IMG/VR virus record: IMGVR_UViG_3300026551_000002
Source: an uncultured virus (IMG/VR IMGVR_UViG_3300026551_000002)
Lineage: Duplodnaviria > Heunggongvirae > Uroviricota > Caudoviricetes
DNA length: 64,000 nucleotides
Direction: 5' to 3' (one strand)
Made by a program: the position numbers and the translations under genes. Position 1 is the first letter of the stretch. Each line of letters opens with the position of its first letter. Below are positions 1 to 8,981 of the stretch, piece by piece. A model generated the notes under the pieces. It ran no database searches, was not told the origin of the DNA, and saw nothing but the letters and a program-made list of their open reading frames with translations.

Positions 1-442
1 CAATATATCTCTTGATACAAAAGATGCATATGTACGTGTTCTTGGTAAGGGTAATAAATGGGGTGAAGTTGGGCTTGGAGAGCAATCAAGACGCTATGTG
101 CAAAAGTACGTGAGAGTGTTTAGGATACCAACAATAGGCACCCAAATACTACTACAGGATGCATTAGTGTTTGTTAATCGCTATGGAGAGCAGTTAACAA
201 AATCAGGACTCTGGAGAATAATTGATCGTCTTGGAGAGTGGGCAAAGATAGAAGGTGTACGATGCTCTCCTCATACGTTTCGTCACACTTACGCGTGTAT
301 GTTTATGCAAAACGGTGGAGACATTTATAAGCTGTCAAAGTTACTTAGACATTCATCTGTATCTGTTACAGAACAATACTTGAAATCTCTTCAGCAATCA
401 GAAGCACGTAAGGGTGCAAAGTCTGTATTGGATAGTTTGTAG
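1..442 (+). CDS. Tyrosine recombinase/integrase, C-terminal part (5' end outside window)
   Basis: Frame open from window start; VLGKGNK, HTFRHTYA (HxxR), LLRHSS and terminal Tyr (TEQYL) catalytic motifs. Confidence 0.92.
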   Translation, partial: NISLDTKDAYVRVLGKGNKWGEVGLGEQSRRYVQKYVRVFRIPTIGTQILLQDALVFVNRYGEQLTKSGLWRIIDRLGEWAKIEGVRCSPHTFRHTYACMFMQNGGDIYKLSKLLRHSSVSVTEQYLKSLQQSEARKGAKSVLDSL

Positions 443-507
443 CAATTTGCAAAGTGATGGCACTTGTGATATACTGGAAGCAGATTTTTGAGAGAGGATC
501 TGCTTGA

Positions 508-678
508 ATGTCAGAGAATCCAGCGAATAAGAAAGTGACCATTCGTGTTCCAATCTCTTTGTATACAAAAGTGCGGGGATTGTGCAAGAAAGAGCGTATG
601 TCTTTTAGCAAAAAAGTGAAATTGCTTTTAGAGCGTGAGATGATGCAAAAGGAACATGAAAAGGGGTGGTTATTGTAA
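508..678 (+). CDS. Ribbon-helix-helix DNA-binding protein (56 aa, not in ORF track)
   Basis: MSENPANKKVTIRVPISLYTKVRGLCKKERMSFSKKVKLLLE: alternating beta strand plus two helices; GAGAGG RBS upstream. Confidence 0.7.
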   Translation: MSENPANKKVTIRVPISLYTKVRGLCKKERMSFSKKVKLLLEREMMQKEHEKGWLL

Positions 679-794
679 GTAAGTCCCCCTGCTCTCCCTT
701 TGCAAGGGGACAAAACCAGACACATGATTGGAGCATGTGCTAGGTTAGCCTTTATATTAGCATACAAGCCTATTTAAAGCCTATCCTGAGCACA

Positions 795-1811
795 ATGAAA
801 AGTGAAAGGAATAGGTTTTTTGTTATGCATCGTAGAAAAATGCGAGTTGGCAGTTTTATTGGTATCTTAGTGCTTGGTTTGATGGTTCTAGCGCTACTGA
901 TTTATACAGCAACGAGAACGCTTCATTTTCTTCAGATGACTTTTCCGCCTGATATGCAGTATGTTGCGTATCTTGCTCTTGTGGCTTTTGACGTGGGCAT
1001 TTTAGGTTGGACACTTTTTGCAACTACAGCTGCGGAGGGCGCTCCCCAACGAGCTATTGCGTATTCAATGATCTTTGTTTGTGTTGTGGGCGTGGTCGTT
1101 GCCACGATTGCTGATACAGCATTGGTAAGTCAACAGAATGGCATAACGAAAGCTCCCCCCAATATTGCAACCATTGGAATGTGGGGTTCAATTATTGTCA
1201 TTGTACTGAATGTTGTGGCTGGGATATGCACTCATCTTTTCTCTCCTTCTCACATGCGTAAGTTTGAATTGGAGAGTGTGCATGATGAGATCCATCAACT
1301 TACCATTGATCATATCAAATCACGCGCTCGTGACATTATGCCACAACTTGCTGCTGAGAATGCCGAGCATTGGGTACGCCAAACCATGTCTGAAGTTGTG
1401 GGTACTTTGCCACATAATGCTAATCAGCAACTCCTTCCTGCTCGTGTAGTTGAGTCTGATGCTTCTAAGCCAGTAGCACAAGCCGCATCGCGCACTCATA
1501 CGGTTGATCCTCACAAAGTCAAGCCTCAAGTTGATGATGAAGCTAAACCACTGGAGAAGCCAAAGTCATTTGGTCAGATGCTCGGAAACGTTCATGCTGG
1601 CATCCATAATGCCATTGATAAGCGACTTGATGGCAGTAAATCTGTTCCAATTGAACGTACTGAGGATGAGTACTCCCCTGAGTTTGAGCAAGCACTTGAT
1701 AATGAGATTGAAAAACCTGCTCAAGGCAAGAAGACTACGGTTTTTGTCAAGCATGATGATACTTCTAGATTGGAAGCTCATGAAGATTTAGGAGGTGATC
1801 GAAACCCTTAG
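795..1811 (+). CDS. Membrane protein, about 4 TM helices and a low-complexity tail
   Basis: Four hydrophobic segments in the N-terminal half; no family recognised. Confidence 0.7.
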   Translation: MKSERNRFFVMHRRKMRVGSFIGILVLGLMVLALLIYTATRTLHFLQMTFPPDMQYVAYLALVAFDVGILGWTLFATTAAEGAPQRAIAYSMIFVCVVGVVVATIADTALVSQQNGITKAPPNIATIGMWGSIIVIVLNVVAGICTHLFSPSHMRKFELESVHDEIHQLTIDHIKSRARDIMPQLAAENAEHWVRQTMSEVVGTLPHNANQQLLPARVVESDASKPVAQAASRTHTVDPHKVKPQVDDEAKPLEKPKSFGQMLGNVHAGIHNAIDKRLDGSKSVPIERTEDEYSPEFEQALDNEIEKPAQGKKTTVFVKHDDTSRLEAHEDLGGDRNP

Positions 1812-2140
1812 CAAGCTCTATTGAAATAGGCCAATCAGTAGAGCAGAAAGTTAGTTCTCCGATAGTTTCCCCTTCTTCTGAAAAAAAGAAACTTTCAGGA
1901 GAAGGGAGCAAGGGTAGGTTAAAAGCCTTTTTTGAAACGATTGATCTTTTGCAATCAGTTCGAGAGGCTAAAGGAGAATGGCCCAATGGAATGTCAGTTC
2001 GTATGCAGTATTATTACAAACACAACTACCAGGAGTACTTTCACAATGGAAAACGAGCGGAGCAAACAAGGTTTGAAAGAGAACGAAAAGCCGAAAGAAT
2101 TAGGGCAGAAGACAAACCAAGAACAAAGAAGGTTCGATAG
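1799..2140 (+). other. Open -1 frame overlapping the stop of 795..1811; possible frameshift extension
   Basis: Frame opens after TGA at 1796-1798; A AAC CCT at 1802-1808; no nearby ATG. Confidence 0.45.
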
Positions 2141-2399
2141 GATACGTGATCTTTTGTATCTTGAGTTTAGTTTTGATGGTATTGAGTACATAAGCATTTA
2201 TCGTGCAATTCCACCTCAAATAGACAGATTGGCTAATATGTACTTTGATGTTTCGGGCATTGATGTAAATGTCTGGCCTGTATGGGATCGGCTTGATTTG
2301 GTGAATGCATTGTGGGATTTTTGTCAGGAATTAGGACGTGAATTTCCGCTTCGAATCAAAGAGCAGCCAAATCGTTCTGTAGTGCCGTCTGATCAGTAG
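2046..2399 (+). CDS. Hypothetical protein
   Basis: ORF; ATG at 2046 preferred over the track start. Confidence 0.55.
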   Translation: MENERSKQGLKENEKPKELGQKTNQEQRRFDRIRDLLYLEFSFDGIEYISIYRAIPPQIDRLANMYFDVSGIDVNVWPVWDRLDLVNALWDFCQELGREFPLRIKEQPNRSVVPSDQ

Positions 2400-2458
2400 A
2401 GAAAATTTACAATTAAATTTACACTCGTGTAAATTTTTTTCAGAAGAGGGAGAAAGAA

Positions 2459-3115
2459 ATGGGCATTCAAAATATTGTTCGTGTGGAGACACAAAACAAC
2501 AAAGTCATTGATTTTTTGCAGGTTGGTACAGAGTATCGTATTGATAGTCGTATTGTAGCGAAAGGATTGGATTTAGAGCATTTACCTTTTAGGCGTTTGT
2601 TGGAAAAGTATCAGTTTCAATTGGAGCACTTTGGAAAGGTTGACTTTCAAAATCAGGCTAATGGAATAACTGATGTTGAAAGTCAGTTATTCGAAAATCA
2701 ACAAAGAGGTAGAGGTAGACCAGAAATGTATGTCTTACTTAATCGTGACCAAGTACTCTTTGCCATCACGCTTTCTAGAAATACTGAAGAAGTGATTGAA
2801 TGGAAAATGGCTTTAATTGATGCTCTTAGTCAATTAGAAAAGCAAGTGAGGACTTTAAGGACTTTTGGAAAACAAAAACAAATAGAGTCATCTGATATGT
2901 TTGAAGATAAAGTCTTACGTGTTGTTGTTAGGCGGACTGGTGATACGAGAGAGTGGATAACTCCTGCTGTTGTTCGAGCTTTTCTAAATGATAAATATAG
3001 TGTTGGTAGTATAGATGAGGTACTTAAATCACAAGTAGGTGTGCATTTGGAGTACCGTCCTTCGCATAGAGTAAATTCAAAAGGTTGGTATCGACTTTCT
3101 GATAGAGAGGTCTAA
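2459..3115 (+). CDS. Rha-family phage regulatory protein
   Basis: IDSRIVAKGL..H, LEHFGKVDFQ, GRPEMYVLLNRDQ, RNTEEVIEWK resemble Rha. Confidence 0.75.
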   Translation: MGIQNIVRVETQNNKVIDFLQVGTEYRIDSRIVAKGLDLEHLPFRRLLEKYQFQLEHFGKVDFQNQANGITDVESQLFENQQRGRGRPEMYVLLNRDQVLFAITLSRNTEEVIEWKMALIDALSQLEKQVRTLRTFGKQKQIESSDMFEDKVLRVVVRRTGDTREWITPAVVRAFLNDKYSVGSIDEVLKSQVGVHLEYRPSHRVNSKGWYRLSDREV

Positions 3116-3116
3116 A

Positions 3117-4111
3117 ATGCTACTTTTCATTTGCAGTCAATGTGGTTGTTGGATAGTCATTTTTTCAATGGCCGATGTGTTGCGAGAGTCAGGCAGAATT
3201 GGAATTGTTCAATGTAGTCAAGGTTGTGGTGAAATGACGTATGTGAGGTTAACAGATCGACTCCAAATTGTTCCTGTTCCGGTAGAGGAGAAGAGTGATG
3301 CCATTAGCTGATGAGATTGCTCGTAGTACAATTAGTTTGCTTGTTGGAGACATGATCATTGTTGCATTGCTCTTTTCAATAGTTTCGAGATTGGGCAAAA
3401 TTATCAAGATGCTTGAAGAGAGAGGGAAATGATAACCATTCTCATAATCTTGCTTGCAATTATTGGTATTATTGTGTTGCTGTTGGCATTCCGCTATTGG
3501 ATATTCAAGAACACGCCTTGGTGAAAAGGAGAGACTGTTATGAGATGGGATAATCGATGGCGTAAGAAATGGTATGACGTGTGGGAAATATGGGTTATAA
3601 TGATTGGTATGTTGATTGTTGCATCTATTGTGTGTTGCTCATTATTAAGGGGTTGAATAATGAGATGTCAACACATTGAAGACTCCACTGGGGAGCAGTG
3701 CTCCGAGCAAGCTACCAGGGACATCAGGATTAGAACTGCAAGGCAAGGCTGGCGCTTGTTTCTTTGCAGTGAGCACTATGAGGAAGAGGTAGAGACGATT
3801 AGGTCATACATTGATCGAATGGCAGTTGAGCAAGTACAGGAGAGTGAGCGATGAATGAAATAGAAGTGCGAAAAATGTTTGTAGAAATCAGTTGTCATGA
3901 CAATATTGGTTTGGATGATTTGTTGGAGCATTCAGCAGGATGGGCTTCTGAAATTTGTGGTATGCAAGGTGAGGCAATTTATGCTTTTATTCTTGGTGAG
4001 GCTATTATTCATCTTCAGAAGTCTGGATGCAATGATACTGTTGCGTGTGGACTTGCTCTTGATTTAGTTGGTAAATTTCGCGTAGCGAATAAAGACTTGT
4101 TTGCATGTTAG
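3117..4111 (+). other. Six tightly coupled small ORFs: 3117-3311, 3298-3432, 3429-3524, 3540-3656, 3660-3854, 3851-4111
   Basis: Overlapping or adjacent stop/start codons; three single-TM peptides and two Cys-motif proteins. Confidence 0.55.
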
Positions 4112-4139
4112 CCTAACCCCCTTGCACGGGGAATAGATC

Positions 4140-4165
4140 GAGAGGTATAAAAGCCTCTCTTTTTT
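4140..4165 (+). terminator. Intrinsic terminator before the packaging operon
   Basis: GAGAGG/CCTCTC stem plus T6. Confidence 0.65.
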
Positions 4166-4280
4166 GTGTTCAAAATCTGGTGAATAGTTATGGGCACTTT
4201 CAAAACTGTTGATAAATGGTGTATACTCTGTCTATGGATGTATGTGGTAAGCCAACAAATCCCAACATTGTTATGCGTGT

Positions 4281-4850
4281 ATGAGAAATCATAGAATGAA
4301 TGATGAAGAAAGAGCACAGGTAAAAAATAATTTCCTAGAGGCATATGCTGCAACTGGGAATATTTTGCTGTCATGTAAATCTGCTGGTATTAATCGAAGT
4401 ACGTTTTATGACTGGCAGGAGAAGGATGAGGAATTTAGTCTTAGATGGCATCAGGCGGAGCGGGATTTTGCTGATGTTATCCTGGCTGAATTTGTGCAAC
4501 GCGCTGTACATGGATACGAGAAGCCTGTGATTTCAATGGGCAGAGTGGTGTATGAGGATGTGCCGGTGCTTGATCAGCATGGCAATCAGGTTGTCAATGA
4601 TCTTGGTCGGCCACTCTTTGATAAGAAGCCGCTTATGGAGCGTGTGGTTTCTGACTCTTTGCTTGCACTTGCCATTAAAAAACATCATCCTGAATATCGT
4701 GAAAAACAGCAAATAGATACAACAGTTACAAATGTTAATGCAACTATGCAACAATTGCACGAAGCAATAGAAAAATCTTTAGCTCCATTTCCAGAAGCTC
4801 GTATAGCATTAGCAGAAGCGATATTAGGGGTAAATAATGGAAAAAGATGA
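4281..4850 (+). CDS. terS: Terminase small subunit
   Basis: N-terminal HTH (FLEAYAATGNI..SCKSAGINRSTFYDW), SDSLL and HPEYRE motifs; lies upstream of TerL. Confidence 0.8.
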   Translation: MRNHRMNDEERAQVKNNFLEAYAATGNILLSCKSAGINRSTFYDWQEKDEEFSLRWHQAERDFADVILAEFVQRAVHGYEKPVISMGRVVYEDVPVLDQHGNQVVNDLGRPLFDKKPLMERVVSDSLLALAIKKHHPEYREKQQIDTTVTNVNATMQQLHEAIEKSLAPFPEARIALAEAILGVNNGKR

Positions 4851-5091
4851 AATAATGCGGTATTTTCCTGTTGGCAGGAGAGTCTATTGTGATTATATGG
4901 AAGGAGAGCCATCCTATCGTTTTCGTAAAGTATTTGGGCAAGTGGAAGAGATTAGAGATTCTATTTTATGTGTGAGATCGGAAGAAGTTCCAAATACTAT
5001 GCTTGATTATGACTTTCTTTTAATTCATTTGAGTATTCATTCTCCTGTTATGCCTACTGAAATGGCTGTTGAATATGAACAGTCTAAATAG
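4837..5091 (+). CDS. Hypothetical protein between terS and terL
   Basis: ORF overlapping both neighbours. Confidence 0.55.
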   Translation: MEKDEIMRYFPVGRRVYCDYMEGEPSYRFRKVFGQVEEIRDSILCVRSEEVPNTMLDYDFLLIHLSIHSPVMPTEMAVEYEQSK

Positions 5092-5821
5092 TCTCGCGTA
5101 TCGGCTTGATCCGGTACAGATGGCACGTCAAGTAGGCCTAGAACTTGATCCTTGGCAGGCGAAGCTTGCTCGTAGTCAAGCGCCTCGTATTTTACTTAAT
5201 TGCTCCAGGCAATCAGGTAAGAGCACAACGGTAGCAGTTATTGCAGATTGGACAGCGTTTTATCAGGATGAGTCACCAATCTTGTTGCTCTCTCCATCGC
5301 TTAGACAGTCTAGTGAGCTTTTTCGTAAATGTTTGGATGTGTACCGAGCACTTGATAGACCAGTAGCACCGGATGCTGAGAATAAGTTGTCGCTAGAACT
5401 TGAGAATGGATCTCGAATTGTTAGTCTTCCAGGGAAGGAAGGAACAACACGTGGCTTTTCTGGAGTCAAGTTGCTCATCATTGATGAAGCTTCACAAGTA
5501 CCAGATGAACTGTACATGTCAGTACGTCCAATGCTAGCAGTTTCAGGTGGACGTTTGATAGTGCTTAGCAGTCCTTTTGGAGCAAGAGGATTTTTTTACG
5601 AAGCATATAAGAATAGGCAAGATTGGGAATATTATGAAGTACCAGCTACAGAGTGTCCTAGAATATCACCTCAGTTTTTATCAGAGGAAAAGAAGAATAT
5701 AGGTGAATTCTGGTACGAGCAAGAATATATGTGTAAGTTCTTGGATAGTCAAACAGCAGCATTCAGAAGTGAAGATATTCAACAAATAGTAAAACATGAT
5801 CTTTCGGTGTGGGATATATGA
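5069..5821 (+). CDS. terL: Terminase large subunit, ATPase domain (split gene, part 1)
   Basis: LDPWQ, Walker A SRQSGKST, Walker B LLIIDEA, SSP coupling motif, QEYMCKF. Confidence 0.9.
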   Translation: MNMNSLNSLAYRLDPVQMARQVGLELDPWQAKLARSQAPRILLNCSRQSGKSTTVAVIADWTAFYQDESPILLLSPSLRQSSELFRKCLDVYRALDRPVAPDAENKLSLELENGSRIVSLPGKEGTTRGFSGVKLLIIDEASQVPDELYMSVRPMLAVSGGRLIVLSSPFGARGFFYEAYKNRQDWEYYEVPATECPRISPQFLSEEKKNIGEFWYEQEYMCKFLDSQTAAFRSEDIQQIVKHDLSVWDI

Positions 5822-6594
5822 TAGTTGCACAAGAGATAAAAATTGAAGAGTTATTGCCAGTTAATATTGGAATAGATATTGGACAAATTCATGATCCTAC
5901 AGCAATATGTGTAACTGAGGTTGATCAAGTTCCTACGGGTGAGGTTCGATATGGAAGGGAGCAAACGATAGGCTATCATGATGATCACGGCAATTGGATA
6001 CCTCCAAAGGGTATTGAGAATATTATGGTATCTGAATATATGGTACGGTTTATTAAAAGATTGCCACTTAATACAAGTTATCATGATGTAGCTGAATATA
6101 TTTCAAATATGCTAAAGAATGATTTATTTCAAAATAGAAAAGTACGTGTTTTAATTGATGTTACTGGAGTTGGTCGTCCAGTATATGATAATTTAAAACG
6201 CAAGATATTTATACGATTAAATAATGCTGAAGTAACTCACATGAGCGTTGGTATTCAGTTCAAGATGTCAAGCAATCATATGCTTCAGCTTAAGCCTATT
6301 AGCTTTGTACATGGAGAGATTTATAATCGGGGCAAGGGTACACTAGGGAAAGCGTTTTTGGTGTCTCATTTGCAGTCAATACTCCAGGAGAAACGTTTTC
6401 ACGCGCCTGATATTCCAGAAGTGAAAGCAATGTGTGATGAATTGCTGGTGTATGAGATTAAAATCACTGACAATGGGAAAGATACGTATGGAGCAAAAAT
6501 AGGTAAGCATGATGATTTAGCAACGGCTGCTGCTCTTGCTTGTTTGGAAGATCCATACAGTGATAAAGTACGATATAGTGAAAAGGTGTATTAG
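5818..6594 (+). CDS. terL: Terminase large subunit, RNase H-like nuclease domain (split gene, part 2)
   Basis: IGIDIGQIHDPTA, DVTGVGRPV, GKHDDLATA; ATGA overlap with part 1. Confidence 0.88.
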   Translation: MIVAQEIKIEELLPVNIGIDIGQIHDPTAICVTEVDQVPTGEVRYGREQTIGYHDDHGNWIPPKGIENIMVSEYMVRFIKRLPLNTSYHDVAEYISNMLKNDLFQNRKVRVLIDVTGVGRPVYDNLKRKIFIRLNNAEVTHMSVGIQFKMSSNHMLQLKPISFVHGEIYNRGKGTLGKAFLVSHLQSILQEKRFHAPDIPEVKAMCDELLVYEIKITDNGKDTYGAKIGKHDDLATAAALACLEDPYSDKVRYSEKVY

Positions 6595-7367
6595 ATGGAA
6601 GAACATATAGATGTTGATGAATTTATGGCATATGTTCGTGAGCAAGGGTTTGAGATACAAGACAATTTATTTACACGTGGCATTAGGACGTTTGTTATTT
6701 CAGGTGGAGGACTTCCTAAAGATGGTGATGTGCATTTTGATATAACGAGAGAAGAATGGAATAAACTTACATTAGAAGATTTGATACAGCAGGTAAATTC
6801 TTTGAGATATATGGTAGATGAAAGGAATGATAAGGCAAGATGGACATAGAGCTTTCAGATGTAAAAATGCTCCCATCAGGAGATTTTGAAAAGCTTGATA
6901 AGCGTGAGAAGGAAGCATTTCATGCATTGCAAGAGGAAATGATTGCATTGCTCGTAAACAAAAGCAATCATTTTAAGCTTCAGTATCCAGGATTGAGGAT
7001 TGAGTGGCGTTTCCAGGCAGAAGTGTATCAAAGTATTGTAAATGGTCCTAGTAGCGTTCGTTATTCAGATAGGGTGTATTAGATGCCAAAGAAGAGAATA
7101 GTATTTGAAGGGTACATGACAGTAGAGGGTTTTCATATAGGACTTCAAGATGTTGATTTTGAAGGTCACAATTCTAAGAAAGTAGCTCTTACTCTTCCTC
7201 CTGGATTTATGGATCAACTTTTTGAGAAGTGGCAAAAATTTAAGAGTGGAACAAGTGAAGAGTATCTTTTGATAGCGAGGAATTATTTTGATGATCATCC
7301 CGATATGGATTGGGTAAAATATTTAGCAATGGAAGATAATCGTTTACACGGGAATAAAGGAGAGTAA
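6595..7367 (+). other. Three small hypothetical ORFs: 6595-6849, 6840-7082, 7083-7367
   Basis: Coupled ORFs without recognisable motifs. Confidence 0.55.
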
Positions 7368-7370
7368 ATA

Positions 7371-7675
7371 ATGTACATCAATGGTATTCAGTGTGATACA
7401 TGCTGCAAGATAGAAATATGACACCTAGAGAATTGAAGCGCATAGAGGGAAATGGTGCTTTTCCAGATGATTGGATTGTGGCTAAGCAAGGAGGAGAGAG
7501 TGAGATGCATTTTTGCTCTTTTCATTGTCTCCATGAGTGGGTAGAGAAGCAAATGGAGGTTAAGCCTATGAGTGAAATGTTTCCTGATGCTTTTAAAAGT
7601 ATTGATCCTAATATGGCAATTGAACCTATTGAAGTAGATCGTGAGGCAGTTAATGAGTACTGGAGGGATTTATGA
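7371..7675 (+). pseudogene. Frameshifted CxxC...FCSxxC zinc-binding protein
   Basis: MYINGIQCDTC (7371) and ...HFCSFHCL are in different frames; paralog of the next gene. Confidence 0.55.
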
Positions 7676-7935
7676 GAATAGATGGATTTAAATGTGATCA
7701 ATGCAATAATATATGCAATAAAAGTAAGATAAAAGGATGGATTATTGTATATAGTTATAAATCAAATAATGAGCGTGATGAGATGAGTTTTTGTTCTTTG
7801 GAATGCCTCATCAATTGGACATCTCAGCAGTCGGTTGATATGAGGAAAATTGATGTGGAAGGGCCTATTGAAGGCGTTGTTATGAGTGTAGAAAAGCATC
7901 AGGGGCGTCTTCTTGCCAAGGGGAAAAATAGCTAA
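7672..7935 (+). CDS. Small CxxC...FCSxxC zinc-binding protein
   Basis: MRIDGFKCDQC...FCSLECL. Confidence 0.65.
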   Translation: MRIDGFKCDQCNNICNKSKIKGWIIVYSYKSNNERDEMSFCSLECLINWTSQQSVDMRKIDVEGPIEGVVMSVEKHQGRLLAKGKNS

Positions 7936-8096
7936 TGAACACACTCCAAGCGCCACCTAGCACACAACTGAAAGTAGGTAAACTGGCTTTTGGAGCGGGT
8001 TTATGGTATAATGAGGTCACAAAATTGTTGAGTCTCAGGAGTATTAGAGCACTCCTGAGACATGCATCTAGTTCGTGCTTAAGGAGACTAGACACA

Positions 8097-8981
8097 ATGG
8101 ATACTATATCATCATATCCTCAAAATGACAATCCCTCAAAGCAGTGTACAGGCCCATGTGGGCGTTTTCTTTCTGCCACTTCTGAGTATTTTCATCGTGA
8201 TAAGAAAGCTAAATATGGATTAAGATCTAATTGCAAGCAGTGTTGTAGTACTTCTAAGCGCTCTGTATCCCCTAATGGGCAAAAAATATGTACAGGTCCT
8301 TGTGGGCGTATGCTCCCTGCTACTTCCGAATTTTTTTATGCACGTAATCAATCTAAAGATGGATTTCAACATAAATGCAAAGAATGTGTTTCAGAGTATT
8401 ATGTTCAAAATAGAGATCAAATATTGGCTAATAATAAGGCTCATAATGATAAGCCTGAAAACAAAAAGCGTAGATCAGAATATGAGAAAAAGCGTCGATA
8501 CAATCCAGAAACGAGAGATGATTTTTTAGCAATGAAAAGATCCCATTGGCATAAACCTGCTCATAAACAACGCTTAAAAGAGTATTATAGTCGGCCGGAA
8601 GTGAAAGAAAGTAAACGGTTAAATGATAGAAAGCGTTATCATGATCCAGTGATAGGTGATTATGTACGTAAACAAAAGCGTGTGCGTACTCTTAGTTATA
8701 TTGCGCGTAAAAAATCTGTTAAAGGTACTCATACCCCACAACAAATTCAAGATCAACTAAAACGACAAAAACATACATGTTATTATTGTCAGAAAAAATT
8801 CAATAAAATTAAAGGTCAATCACAATATCATATTGATCACACTTTTCCTCTGAGTCGTGTAAAAGGTACTGATATTCCTGCCAATAGTATTGATTATATC
8901 GTGTTAGCTTGTCCTACATGCAATATGAGTAAACATGATAAATTTCCATGGGAATGGCCGGAAGGAGGAAGATTACTTTGA
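8097..8981 (+). CDS. HNH endonuclease 1 (two CTGPCG zinc ribbons, helical repeat array, HNH)
   Basis: CYYC...HIDH...N...CPTCN; AAGGAG RBS before ATG 8097; own TGGTATAAT -10 near 8004. Confidence 0.9.
   Translation: MDTISSYPQNDNPSKQCTGPCGRFLSATSEYFHRDKKAKYGLRSNCKQCCSTSKRSVSPNGQKICTGPCGRMLPATSEFFYARNQSKDGFQHKCKECVSEYYVQNRDQILANNKAHNDKPENKKRRSEYEKKRRYNPETRDDFLAMKRSHWHKPAHKQRLKEYYSRPEVKESKRLNDRKRYHDPVIGDYVRKQKRVRTLSYIARKKSVKGTHTPQQIQDQLKRQKHTCYYCQKKFNKIKGQSQYHIDHTFPLSRVKGTDIPANSIDYIVLACPTCNMSKHDKFPWEWPEGGRLL

Noticed and set aside
7935..8096. N-terminal 54 aa of the 348-aa track ORF as part of the HNH protein
   Set aside because: The region holds a promoter, hairpins and an RBS before ATG 8097, and the paralogs start at the equivalent later position
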